Assembly: GCF_006345805.1 (NCBI RefSeq)
Contig: NC_043010.1
Coordinates: 6,758,001-6,822,000 of the forward strand
Length of the DNA stretch: 64,000 nucleotides
Direction of reading: 5' to 3'
Source: Octopus sinensis
Lineage: Eukaryota
Positions 40,755 through 54,480 of this stretch are shown here, one piece after another. Numbering within the stretch: position 1 is the stretch's first letter; each line of letters begins with the position of its first letter. Below the pieces are notes generated by a model. The model searched no databases, was not told the DNA's origin, and was given only the letters and a program-made list of their open reading frames with translations. Both the position numbers and the translations under genes were made by a program.

Positions 40755-41175
40755 CTCTTTTACTTGTTTTGGTCATTGGATTGTGACCATGCTGGAGGAT
40801 CACCTTGAAGGGTTCAATCTAACAAATTGACTCCGGTACTTAATTTACTACATATGGTAGTTATTCTATGGGTCTCTTTTACCGAATTGCTAAGTTATGG
40901 GGGACACAAACAAACCAACACAGTTAAACAGTTAGAGGACAAGCACAAAGGCACACACATGCACACATACAGACAGACAGTCACACACACACATATATGT
41001 ATGTATGTATACATACATACATACATATACACACAAGGGCTTCCACACAGTTTCTATTGACAAAAACACTCACAAGTCATTGGGTAGTCTGGAGCTTTAA
41101 TAGAAGACCCTTGCTCAAGGTGGTGTGCAATGGAATTGAACCTGAAATCAAATGGTTTCAGTGCAAGCTTCTAAA
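40755..41175 (-). mobile_element. SINE family A, diverged
   Basis: Degenerate tail, body and head. Confidence 0.6.
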
Positions 41176-41350
41176 CTACATAGTGTGTGTGTGTGGAGAG
41201 ATAGACAGAGGGTGGATGTTTGTATGTATAGGCATACAAAACACTATCATCATTATCATTACCTAGCAAGGTGGAATATGTTTAGATAGACAAGACTTGC
41301 TCAGTCCTCATACAGAGCCACTATCCACCTAGTGATATCAGAGAACTATA

Positions 41351-41759
41351 CTCTTTCACTCTTTTACTCTTTTACTTGTTTCAGTCATTTGACTGCGGCC
41401 ATGCTGGAGCACCGCCTTTTTTAATCGAGCAACTCGACCCTGGGACTTATTCTTTTGTAAGCCCAGTACTTATTCTATCGGTCTCTTTAGCCGAACCGCT
41501 AAGTAACACACCAGCATCGGTTATCAAGCAATGCTAGGGGGACAAACACAGACACACAAACACACCCACGCATATATATATATATATATCCATATACGAC
41601 AAGCTTCTTCCAGTTTCCATCTACCAAATCCACTCACAAGGCTTTGGTTGGCCCAAGGCTATAGTAGAAGGCACCAGCCGAAGGTGCCAGGCAGTGGGAC
41701 TGAACCCAGGACCATGAGGTTGGTAAGCAAGCTACTTACCACACAGCCACTCCTGTGCC
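41351..41759 (-). mobile_element. SINE family A, full length
   Basis: Reverse complement of the family sequence. Confidence 0.85.
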
Positions 41760-41837
41760 TATATATGTGTGTATGTGTGTGTGTGTGTGTGTACATATAT
41801 ATATATATATACATATATGTCTCGCTATGCCATATAC

Positions 41838-41881
<44 letters not shown>

Positions 41882-41894
41882 TTTTTTTAAGGTA

Positions 41895-42105
41895 ATCTCT
41901 TCAGATTTTCTATAGAAATTGTAGCCACCACTGAAATCTTTGAACATTTCATTTCCGAATATGTACAATGTAAACAATGTGATGAAAGATGGGTAAATAG
42001 GTGGTAGGTGTATATGAATATTTCTAGAGTTCTTGCTCCTTCTTCAGTACCACATCCAATCCATTAACCATCCTCGAACACATTGGTTAAATAGTGTTAC
42101 ATGGC
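41895..42105 (-). mobile_element. Diverged copy of the 60-kb HHR repeat family
   Basis: Aligns by eye with 60085-60275 (ctatagaaattgtagcc...cattt...aatgtgat...gtatat...tatttc...gaacacattg). Minus strand has CTGAAGA AGGAG caagaa CTCTA GAAA TATTCATA TA CACC. Confidence 0.5.
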
Positions 42106-42948
42106 TATAATTAATATATATATATATATATATATCATATATGCATGTATACTGGCACTCAGCTCTGAGTGCACACTTATAGCAGAAACAACTGTAAGCA
42201 AATGAAAGTGTTAATGCGTTTGCACAATTTCCATTCTTATGCATATAGACTGGCACACACACACATGCACACACACACATGCACACACACATGCATGCAT
42301 GCACACACACACACACACACACACACACTAACACAAACACACAGCAAAAGCCAGTAATGCAAAAATTGGAATAACTACTGTGTTAAATTTCATTTTTTTA
42401 AATTGTTCTTATTAATTCTGCCTTATACATTCTGTATTCTCTTCACATTTGTAAATACAAATACCTCTTCCACAGCGCACAGAAGCTCACACACACACAC
42501 ACACACACACACACTGACATACACACGTGTACATCTGTGGTATGTTGGCTATATTATATTATTCAATACATACTGACTAATATAGTCTTTTGAGTTTTAC
42601 ATGGTTGGCAAGAATTTGGTCAGATATGAAGTATTAAAACTGAAATAATTAGACTTCAGTTAACGCTTTTTAAATACAACACACATATGCAATCGTATAA
42701 AATTAGATTTATTTTTGCTTTATTCTGTACCATAATGTGTGAAACTATTTTGTAATGTTCCTATAACTGATCATTAACTCTATCACTCTGGATTTAGTTT
42801 TTTATCTTAATGTATATATTGCAAATCTAGTGCCTGCTTATGAAGAAACAGTTATATACACACATGCACACACACGCACACACATACAGACACACACACA
42901 CACACACACATATATATGCATATTCATATATGGATATATGTCTGTGTA

Positions 42949-42993
<45 letters not shown>

Positions 42994-43041
42994 TATAAAG
43001 ATACAAATGTACACACACAAAGACACATATACATGTGTCTG

Positions 43042-43247
43042 CTCTAGGCACAAGGCCCGAAATTTGGGGGGAGGGGCCCAGTTGATTAGATCGACCCCAG
43101 TATGTAACTGGTGTTTAATTTATCGACCTCGATAGGATGAAAAGCAAAGTCGACTTTGGTAGAATTGGAACTCAGAGCGTAAAGACAGACGAAATACCAC
43201 TAAGCATTTTGCCTGGTGTGCTAACGTTACTCCCAGCTCACCACCTT
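43042..43247 (-). mobile_element. SINE family C
   Basis: Reverse complement contains ctgagttccaattctaccaaagtcgactttgc. Confidence 0.7.
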
Positions 43248-43363
43248 ACACATGTGAATATATTCATATGAATGTATATGTATTTATCTACTTACATATA
43301 TGTATATATGCATGTATGTGTGAGTATACATACATACATGTATACATATACATACACACACAC

Positions 43364-43396
<33 letters not shown>

Positions 43397-43835
43397 TATA
43401 CATATATACATATATATATACATATATATACATATATATATATATACATATATATATATACATATATATATATGTGTGTGTGTGTATGTATATGTATACA
43501 TGTATGTATGTATACTCACACATACATGCACACATGTATATATACATACTCTCAGGCACACACATAAACTCACACACTGAACAACTAGCGTATATGTGTT
43601 TGTGTGTAAAAGATATGCATAAAATTCACTTAAATAATATGTCATAAATTGGTCTTCTGCATGTTATTGTGAATGTAGCATAAATTAACTGTGAATGTCT
43701 ATGATTTATGTTGTAGGTTTCTTTGTTTGAAATGATGTATCTTGAAGCCCCAACAGCACCAGCATCACTATAAAAATGAATGAAAATTCAAACAAACAAG
43801 TGAAAAGAGAAGTAATGGAATATTTAAGAACTCAC

Positions 43836-46247
43836 CTGATGTGTTTCCTCTGCTGTTGCTTGACATGGAATTCTTGAAATTGAACCTTTCCAGTGATAAC
43901 TAGAATCATATGTCGAAGGAAGTTGACCCCTGGGTACTGCTGGGTAGAGATTTCTTTCTCCACTTGCACTCAGCACAGTAGCAGTAGGGTCTGTTTGAGG
44001 TGACATCTGTTCACATAAATTTTCTGATTCTTTATTTGTATCCCAAAGTTTTTTAGGAAAATCAACTCCTGAACTGTATTGTACGTTCCTTTGATCATTT
44101 CGCCGAATAATACAGATGACTATTGACACAACAAGGACTACAGAAGCTGTCACTGTTGCCACTACAATAATGATAAACAGGTTAAAATGTATTTTGTTAT
44201 CTGTTTGTGCATCTATTGCAGCAAACTTAGTTGATGTTTTGTTGTTAACTGTCAATGTCAATGTCAAAGTCGTGGTCGCTGAAAGAACTGGAGTACCACT
44301 GTCTTTCACAGTAAACCGAAGTTCGTATAATCCTGCATCATTTTGATAAACTGGTCGAGAGTATGATAAAACACCAGTGTAAGGATTAATACCAAATAAA
44401 TCTTTACCTTGGCTACTAAATAATTCATACTGAAGGAATGCATTTTCTCGTCTGTCTCTGTCAGAGGCTCTCAGTGTTGTGATATCATTGCTGCTCTGAG
44501 GATGGTAGTGGACATCTAAACTGAAAGGGTTTACACTGGGAAAGGTAAAATATGGTGCATTGTCATTTTCATCCATGACTTCTACCACAACATTTGCAGA
44601 ACTACTTAAAGGTGGAGTTCCACAGTCTTTTACTAATACTTTGAATTCATATATTTCTTGTTGTTCACGATCAAATGATTTTTTTGTTGAAATAAAGCCA
44701 TTGTTTGTTATTTTGAATGGGATATTGTGCGCATTGTTTCTGTCTAAAAAATATACAAGTTGCCCTCCTTCTCCAAGGTCTAAGTCTGTAGCATTAATGA
44801 AACCAACAGGAAAGTTAGCTTCTTCATTTTCATATGTCAGAAACTTGAAGGTGTCCTTTGTAAACTCTGGTTGTACGTCATTGACATCAGTAATTTGGAT
44901 AGAAAATTTCCTTTCAATTTTCAAAGATGGAAATCCTCTGTCTTGACAGGTAATCATAAAATTAATATTTTTCTCTGTTTCTCTGTCGACAGCTTTCTTA
45001 ACAACTACTTTGTACTTTTTTTTACCAAGACTCTGAAGTTTGAGTTTATCATGAACCAAGCTGCAGCTGACAATGCCATTTTGTCCGATATCATTGTCTA
45101 TAATCTTAACGTAAGCAATAAAACTTCCAACTTTCACTCCTTCAGAAATAGTTGCCAGATTGTCTGCAGATTCAGACATAAACTTGACATCCATACTCGG
45201 TGCATTATTCTGTTGGTTGATAACATTGACCTGAAGGATAGCTGTTGAGCTCATTGGTGGGCTTCCTTCATCTCTGGCTTCTATATAAAGTGCATAGGTC
45301 AATCGCTTTTGGAAAGAAAAAGTTTCAGATAAAAAGATTTCTCCACTTTTCTTATCTAACTGGAAATTTTTCATTATTTGATCGGATGTTTTGGAACTAA
45401 AATGGTATGATACTTGACCGTTTTTATCAGCGTCTAAATCTGTTGCTGATAATTTTGCAATAGGAACACTTATTTGGTGCGTATTACGGAGAGATACATT
45501 ATAAATGTTCTGTGTAAACACTGGGGGATTGTCATTAACATCTGCCACTAATATCTTAACACTCAGTATGCTTTGTTTCATTGGTGATCCTCCATCTTTA
45601 GCTATAACTCGAAGCATATAAGTGTCTTTCACCTCTCGGTCAAGTCTTTTGGCAAGAATTATCAACAGTTTCGCTGTTCCATCTAATTTCTTTGTCACTG
45701 TCAAATTGAATGGAACTTCAATGTCATTCTTCCTTAAATTGTAAGTAATTTGAGAGTTGTGCACTCCAACATCTTTATCTATAGCATTTGGAATAAATTT
45801 TTTCATTCCTTCTCCATCTCCTTCAGAAAACTTTAGCTCCACCATTTTTACTGGGAATTCAGGGGCATTATCATTAGCATCTTTAATTATTACTTTAACT
45901 TCTAATATTTTGATGAAAGACTCATCTTGTTTCACTGCAACTTCCACAATCTTGAAACATTCAACATTATATTTACAAATTGATTCAGCGTCCAGTCTTT
46001 CCACCGTGTATAGTCTGCCTGCTTTTGATACATTGAATAATTGTAGACCAGTTGAGGAATCCTGTTGAAGTTGACTGAAAGTTATCTGACTGTGATCTTT
46101 GGAAGGAATTTTATCATATGACATAGTATCAGCTGCAATATCTCCAACGTATGTACCTGGACTTTTGCCTTCATTTATATAGTAAGTCAGATCGATGGAC
46201 ATACAAAATCTCAATGTAAATATGAGAATACTAATTTGAACTAACAT
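43836..46247 (-). CDS. PCDH: Protocadherin, large ectodomain exon (signal peptide, EC1-EC6, TM, proximal cytoplasmic tail); CDS probably continues in a downstream exon
   Basis: 807-aa ORF (43824-46247). Hydrophobic N-terminus; EC1 C-x5-C (CKYNVEC); cadherin motifs RLDAE, DANDNAPEF, LDRE, DVNDNPPVF, DxDxGxNG, VDRE, FDRE, DENDNAPYF; TM FIIIVVATVTASVVLVVSIVICII. Strong phase-0 donor CAG|GTGAGT at 43836/43835, so the ORF's last residues VSS* are probably intronic. Acceptor tttctgtttgtttcag| puts the exon start at 46297. Confidence 0.95.
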
Positions 46248-47840
46248 ATTCTAATTTAAATTCCAGTCATTAGATGTTTTAAAATGTTTCTAAATGCCTG
46301 AAACAAACAGAAAGTAATATCTTTTACTTTTATATGAAAATATGCTATGGTTTACAAGATTCATAAAATTACCTGCAACATTATGTTACATTTCAGTGGG
46401 AAATGTTTAAAACATTTAAAACAGTTATTTTTAAGTATATACACAATAATTCTTACTTTCTTTCATGTTGTGCATCCTGTTATGTCAGGAATGCATCCAT
46501 GAAAATTCTGCATTTCAATCTTCTTGGAATGTAATGTAGCAAGAATGGTTATCAGAATAAATGTAGAAATATAAAAGGATTATTTTCTTTCCCTAAATAA
46601 ATCAGCAATTTAAGCTTTTGTTAACTTGTTGATCAGAACAGTCCATCAATAAATTTACAGAGAAATGGTTCTGCTTGTCAACTATCTAGCTGTTTCATGG
46701 TTCACTAGCTATTATCCACTTGTACTCAAAAATGATTTGCTGGTAAAAGACTCCTGCTTGAGACAGAAAGTCTTGGTCATCATGTAAATGGCTTGCTTTC
46801 GCAACTAAAAATAGGGAAATTTTATCAGCTATCAATTTTATGTCTCACAGAGAATAGCTATTAGATTCCCAAACCGATCAGTGTTTTAGTAATGTAATTC
46901 TGATAATGCTAATACAGAGCTAAGTAGTTCTGAAATGGAAAGCACTGATGAAATATATTTAGATATTTGATGGCTGATTCACTCTAGAGATATTGCTGTA
47001 TCACACGATAATTAACATCTCATCTCTTCAACTGAACAGAAACCATAAAATTCTTAGCCATACAAGAAACATGAACCAAGTGCCAGTTGTTCATGTACCA
47101 GTTTTAGCTTCTCTGAGCATCATTATCAGTACATCTAATAAAACATTGAGGAGAATTAGTTAATTTAAGCTGAGTATCAGCCATTGCAGTAATAAACTAA
47201 CAGGGAATCTTGTCAGAAATCACATCTTTTAAATGAAGGAAAATTTATTACCACTATTAAGAGTCTTAGTTTTAATTCCTTACCCAAAGTCTTTTCCTTC
47301 ATACTGTAGCATCAAGAAACATTCATTGTCGTTCTGACTGCATTTTATTTGTAGTTAAAATATTATCTTTATAATATTTATAAATAATTGCTATTTATTT
47401 CAGTTACATTTCTTTTCTGTTTCTTCACAATAACAAAAAAAAATGCAATTAAAATATTTTCTTAGTTCAAAATACCAATTTAATCTAAAAGATTAATTGT
47501 TTACATGAATGCATTTTCAGAAGAATGTTTAACTTTATATATTCTGGACTTTTAGAAGATATGCATAGTGTAATATAAAACAAGGAATAAATTTATCAAA
47601 AAGTGTGTCCTATGAATATTTTCGCCTTTAGAGCTCAAAGTTTTGATTTTTATTATGACCAAATATACCATACCTAGATAACACTAATCTTGTATATTAG
47701 CAAAACAATTGACTTCTTACAAATGACGAATTTGATATATAATAAAATGAATATATATATAAAATCACTTTTATCCATATACATAAAAACACATAGATCA
47801 TACGTAGATACATATATACACACTTACATATATATATATA

Positions 47841-47872
<32 letters not shown>

Positions 47873-47902
47873 CCAACATGTACATGCATGTGTGTGTGCA
47901 TG

Positions 47903-47945
<43 letters not shown>

Positions 47946-48237
47946 GCACATACAACTCATATATATATAATGCATACCAGCCTACTCCTATAAGCACACA
48001 CACATTACATACACATTTGCTCATGCATGCATACACATATGTTCTCTCAAACACATACACACACACACACACACACACAAATAAGTAAACTCAAAGAAAA
48101 CACTTGTATATTCACAGGTGAGGAAAATTAAAAATTAAACAGGAAAATTTCAACAAAACTTGAAGATAGGATAAAAAAAAACAATTACAGGAGAAAACAT
48201 TTTTTTAAAAAATAAGTCTTAGGAAGACAACAATGTG

Positions 48238-48348
48238 CCAACAACAACAACAACAACAACTACTACTACTACTACTACCACCACCACCACCACCACCACC
48301 ACCACCACTACTACTACTATTACTACTACTACCACCACCACCACCACC

Positions 48349-48395
<47 letters not shown>

Positions 48396-48411
48396 CACCA
48401 CCACCACCACC

Positions 48412-48455
<44 letters not shown>

Positions 48456-48467
48456 CACCACCACCAC

Positions 48468-48508
<41 letters not shown>

Positions 48509-48521
48509 CACCACCACCACC

Positions 48522-48556
<35 letters not shown>

Positions 48557-48560
48557 AGTA
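48238..48560 (+). repeat. Compound trinucleotide array (CAA)n then alternating (CTA)n/(CCA)n blocks
   Basis: Read directly from the sequence. Confidence 0.9.
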
Positions 48561-49593
48561 ACAATAACAAAGGGTGAAAATAATAACTGTAGCAAAATGC
48601 TACTAAAGGGAATTTATAGCTCATCTAATTCTTTTTTTTTCCTACTTTTACTGTAAACATTTGGGTACATTGCGTGCTAACACCGCCAGTCATGGCCCAT
48701 AATTTCCCTAGTGGCAAACTGATAGTTCTGAAACCTAAAATACGCATAGAGTCAGTGTGTGTTAATTGTTATTTCTGATCAGTTTGCTGCAGTGTAACTT
48801 GGCTGTAATGCATTCACTCAAGAGTCTTTTGCTAATTAAAGATAAAACAAGAAAAGAATGGAAGTGAAATTAATAAAAGATTAAAAAAAAAGCATACTAA
48901 CATAAAATAAATTACAGCTGAGTTTTTTCCAAAACACAAACTTTGAAAGTGTCAGAAAGAAAGAAAAAAAAGATAAGTAAATAAGAAGGAAGAAATAATA
49001 CTGCATTCTCTTGATGTGAGATTGAAGGATTCCTGGTGTCACAGAAAGAGAATTGGATGTTGAGATGTTCATCCCTTTCCGAAAAGTATTAAAGGTTTCA
49101 TGTGGGGAAATTCAGGCTTGACCAAAAAAAGGGAGCCTCTAAGCAATCACTCAGACTGCAAGAGAAAGCAGTTAAGTCATCCTCAAATTTAACTCGTCTG
49201 TCTTTGAAAAACAAGAAACACAATCGACAATGCTCATTTTTGTACTTGCTATGTTGTCAAGAAAACCTGGATCATTATTGCTAGAAATGCGTTCCATGAT
49301 AGGTCTGCTAGATCAGGACCGACTTGGCCCCTGGATACAAAGAACATCAACTATGTCGCAAGGTCTTGTCACATTGTGCTTTTGACTTTTAGTCATTTCT
49401 GAATGTTAAGATATTGTAAAATATCGGTTTTCTTTATGAAACACACAGTAAGCTAATCTTTCAGACACTGTTTTCATAAAAAGATTATGTCAAATGCAGA
49501 CCATAAGAATCTCCTCTCTCTCTCACTCTCCTTCTCTCTGTGTCTCTCTCTTCACTTCTCTCTCTCTCTCTTCACTTCTCTCTCTCTCTCTTC

Positions 49594-49629
<36 letters not shown>

Positions 49630-50299
49630 ATATTATATATATATATATATATCATATATACTTCTTTTACTTGTCTCAGGAATTGAACTGTCTTGAAGGT
49701 TTAGTTGCTCAAATTGGAACATGTACTCACACACCACACACAGTCTAATGGCCACAGTCTAATGATTGAAACAGGTAAAAGGAAATATATATATATATAT
49801 ATATAAGTATATAGATGTATGCATATATATATATGTATATATATTTATTTATTTATATACAATATATATATACATACATATATATGCATATTGTATATAA
49901 GAACATATATATATTTATGTGTACATGTATTATATATATCGTATTACATACATTTATCTATCTATCTATCTATCTAAGTACTTTTATTTGGAATATGTAA
50001 TTCCAAAGAGAAGTATTTGCTGAATGAGACTAACACCCTGTTTCTCTGATACACATTTATAACACGTTTATAGTATTATTAAATATTAGTAACAGGTGGG
50101 AAATCAATTAGAATTTATGGCCTCATTATTTATATATCTATATATCTCTCCTTCTATCTATGTATTTATCTTATTTGTCTTATATATATATTATATATAT
50201 ACATATATTTATGCACACACACACATTAATATATATATATATAAATAAATATAGATAGACACACACATATACACACCTAACTTCTATCTCTGTGAGTAT

Positions 50300-50388
50300 A
50301 TACATATCTATCTATCATCTATCTATCTATCTATCTATATCTATATCTATATATATATATATATATATAATATATATATATATATATG

Positions 50389-50426
<38 letters not shown>

Positions 50427-50436
50427 CATATATATA

Positions 50437-50478
<42 letters not shown>

Positions 50479-50760
50479 CATATATATATATATAACATAT
50501 ATATATATAATATATATATATATATATAATATATATATATATATACATACATACATATATATATATACATATATTTATACACTACATATATATATATATA
50601 TGTATATATACATGTATATATATAGATATATGTATATATATATATCTATATATATATATATGTGTGTGTGTGTATACATTCCTAACAAATATATATATAA
50701 TATATATATATGTATATGTGTGGTGTGTTAAGTATGTGTGGGTATGGATATATATATATT
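50300..50760 (+). repeat. Long (TA)n/(TAGA)n tract, representative of dozens of (TA)/(CA)/(GA) tracts in the window
   Basis: Read directly. Confidence 0.95.
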
Positions 50761-50764
50761 ATTT

Positions 50765-51100
50765 TTCAGTTGTTTCAGTTATTGATTTGATACTTATTCT
50801 ATTAATCTATTTTTGCCATATTACGAAGTTGCTTGGTCTTAAACAAACCAACACCAGTTGGCAACAGTGGTAGGGTACAAACTGAAAGATGTGCAAATAC
50901 ATACATACATCCACACACATACACACACACACCACGCACACACTTTACAACAAGCCTCTACTTAGCTTCCATCTATCAAATACACTCATAACTCATTAGT
51001 CTATGATATTAGAAGACACTTGCTGAAGGTAGGAAGGTAGCATGCAGGGAATTGAACCTGAGACCATGTGTTAGCAAAAGTTAACTTCTTAATAACACAG
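50765..51100 (-). mobile_element. SINE family A, old diverged copy
   Basis: tgtttcagt...agaagacacttgc...ggaattgaacctg. Confidence 0.5.
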
Positions 51101-51216
51101 CTATATTTGCACATAATATTATATATATAAGATAATATATATTATATATATATATATATATATGTAGTAGGTATATTATATATTATTATATAATATATAT
51201 ATATATAGATATTATA

Positions 51217-51251
<35 letters not shown>

Positions 51252-51264
51252 GTATGTATGTATG

Positions 51265-51304
<40 letters not shown>

Positions 51305-51392
51305 ATCAACCCGCAAATTTTTATGGGTAACACCATAAAAAATTCCGGTGCATCTAAATTAAGTACCTATTCATTTGAATCTAAATTGTTGC

Positions 51393-51427
<35 letters not shown>

Positions 51428-52056
51428 ATATGTATATATATGTATATATATATATGTGTATTAGATATATAGATATATATATTATATATATTATATATAT
51501 ATATATACATATATATACATGTATATATATATATACACACACACCATATATATGATACATATTTATGTCTGTGTGCATATATGCATGTGCACACGTGTAT
51601 GTGTAGTGTTGTGTGTGTATGTGTGTGAGTGTGTGTGTATGTGTGTGTGTACACATATGCACAAATACAGACCATGAAACTTTACAAAATAAAGAAATGA
51701 ATAAACCATTAAGAATATTTAATTCCAAAGATAAGTCTGGCCTTGTTGACCGTGCTGTACGCTCATACCATGTTACTAAGATATGCATTTATTAGCAGTT
51801 GTAATGTTATTAAATAGGAATAGCTAAGTGGACAATCAATTATCAAAATTTCTATGCCTGTTATGTATTGATGTATGTATATATATATATATATATATAG
51901 ATATATATTTATATATACAAATTTCCGCACGAAAGCACGTAGTCTATGCCCTAGGGACGTAACTTCAACCGTGTTCTTTCTGATGTGAATTTGCTACCCA
52001 GGTATCGGTTATCTTTCGAATTATCCTTAATAAGATAATTCATTCAACTACTCAAA

Positions 52057-52091
<35 letters not shown>

Positions 52092-52156
52092 GTATGTATG
52101 TATGAATGTATATATCTTCTTTATGATGTTTAGGCTAGGTGATTATATATCTATTA

Positions 52157-52819
52157 TTTGTTTCAGTCATTAGACTGTGGCCATGCTGGAGCAATGCCTT
52201 GGAGAATTTTTGTTGAGTAAATTGATCTTGGTTCATTTTTTTTCAAGCAAGGCACTTATTCTATCAGTATCTTTGCTGAACTGCTAAGTTACATGCTTGT
52301 AAACACACCAACACCAGTTGCCAGGTAGTTGTGGGAGACAAACAAAGACACACACACACACACACACACACAGACACATGCATGCACATGCACATACACA
52401 TGCACATATACATATATTTATAGTGGGCTTCTTTCAGTTTCCATCTGCCAACTTTATTCACTAGGACCTGGTCAACCCAAGGCTGTAATAGAATACTTCA
52501 CCCAGTGGGACTGAACACAGAACCATGTGGCTGGAAAGCAACTTCTTATCACACACACCCATGCTTGTTTGCGACCACCACACCACCCAAACACACACCA
52601 CACACAACACACACACACACACAGACACATGCATGCACATGCACATACACATGCACATATACATATATTTATAGTGGGTTCTTTCAGTTTCCATCTGCCA
52701 ACTTTATTCACTAGGACCTGGTCAACCCAAGGCTGTAATAGAATACTTCACCCAGTGGGACTGAACACAGAACCATGTGGCTGGAAAGCAAACTTCTTAT
52801 CACACACCCATGCTTGTTT

Positions 52820-52821
<2 letters not shown>
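52157..52821 (-). mobile_element. SINE family A with an internal tandem duplication (offset about 250 bp)
   Basis: 52370-52571 recurs at 52621-52821. Confidence 0.7.
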
Positions 52822-52883
<62 letters not shown>

Positions 52884-54223
52884 GCACACACACACTTTTA
52901 CATATGCACACATAGCATGCATATGTATTTCTGTATATGGGTATGTGTGGGTGTGACAGTGTATGTGTGTGTGTGTGTATGATATTTTTTATATATTTGA
53001 AACTAAATTTGGGTGACAATTTTACCAAAGACAGGATTTAAAAAATTCTAGTAAAATTTGTTGCCTTAAATATTTATCATTGGCACTATGAAACATTTAA
53101 GTTATGACTTTAACAACTACAGGTGAAAGTATAAATATATTTGTAAGAAAGAATATAAAATACCATCTCTTGTTTCCTTTAGCAAATGAAATGCTGAAGT
53201 TAAACTAATTTTACAGAAATAACAGAAATGAAGAGTAAGACTCAGACACCATGCCCCACCAAAGAAAAACAAAAAAATATGAAAATAACTGAATGCATTT
53301 ACGCCCTTTCAATACCAACCTGTCCAAAACTCCCCCTCCTTCCTTTTATGATTCAAACTTTTTGTTTTAAAGTGATCTACATCCTAACCATCCATCAGAA
53401 TTTCATGTTGTGTTCCAAACACCAGTTTAATTATGACGAAGTTATTTAACCGAATTCTTCCTTATTTTCAAAATTCATTGAAACAAAACCAGTGAATTTC
53501 AACAAATTTCTTATAGCAAAAGTGCTCCATATGATTTGCATAAAATACCCGAAGAGAGTTACTTTGGAGTTGGTGATACAGAGTGAAAAAATAAATACAT
53601 ATAAAAAGAAACATTTGAAAAAAATAAAATCAAAAAACACCACCAACAATAACAACAATAATAACAACAACAATAATAACAGCAACAACGATAGCGACAA
53701 AAACAATGCTAAGTTATAAGGTTCTTTAAGAAACGACAAAGATTAAACTTGGGGGATACAATAAAAGTTTTGCAGGAATATCTAACAACATGCAAATAGG
53801 AAAAAAATTTCTTTAAAATATGAATAGACAAAGTCTTCAGCCTTTACCTTATTTCTTTTGATGATATTTTGGGTAGTAGAAAGTTTAACAAGTTCCAAGT
53901 TACAAGGAGTAGTCACAAGAGAAATGAATGATTCAATCTGTGCAATGCCCAATAGTTATTTTTTTTTTTTCCAATTGAACCGAGATAAGATAAATGTTAG
54001 AAAGATCCTAACAAAATTATGTTCAACTCTGTAGTTGAGAGTTGATAAAACTCCTTGTTTTGTATGAAGCTGTTAAGATATTTTATCTCTTTTGAATTTC
54101 AAATCAGTATTAATTAAGGAAAATATTCAGTGAGGCAATGTTTCAAACTTCCTTTCAGGTAGTTTCTGTCAGTGTCGAGAAGAAGAATTGACAAAAAGTA
54201 GGGGGAACCAACCAGCTACTTAC

Positions 54224-54480
54224 TTGTAGAAATCTATCCTTATTCTGATATGTGTATCCTGCAGTCGATTCCTGTGATAGCTGCTGCGGCTGCGGCTGCT
54301 GCTGCTGTTGCTGCTGTTGTGTGACAGCACAGCTATATGGCTGTGTTATGGGAATGGGAGTGAGAGATACATAAAGAGAGAGAGTGAGAGAGCGAAAGTG
54401 ATTGATTGAAAGAGTTTGTATGCACGTGAGAGAGAGAGAGAGAGAGAGAGAGTGAGAAAGAGAGGCATACATGTTCATTC
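54224..54480 (-). promoter_or_regulatory. Candidate first (non-coding) exon and TSS region of the protocadherin
   Basis: Minus strand: CT-rich tracts, then a CAG/CCG-rich segment ending in CAA|GTAAGT (donor 54223-54218). GC-richer than the flanks and in the same orientation as the CDS about 8 kb downstream. 5' end is a guess. Confidence 0.45.

Noticed and set aside
43824-43835. ORF-track C-terminus VSS* of the protocadherin
   Set aside because: It coincides with a consensus donor CAG|GTGAGT, so it is most likely intron; an unspliced short isoform is not excluded.
44116-46068. Plus-strand ORFs of 76-128 aa overlapping the protocadherin
   Set aside because: Antisense shadows of the real coding frame.
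48219-48577. Poly-Thr, poly-Val and poly-Pro ORFs suggesting a mucin
   Set aside because: Pure trinucleotide array with no flanking coding context or splice sites.
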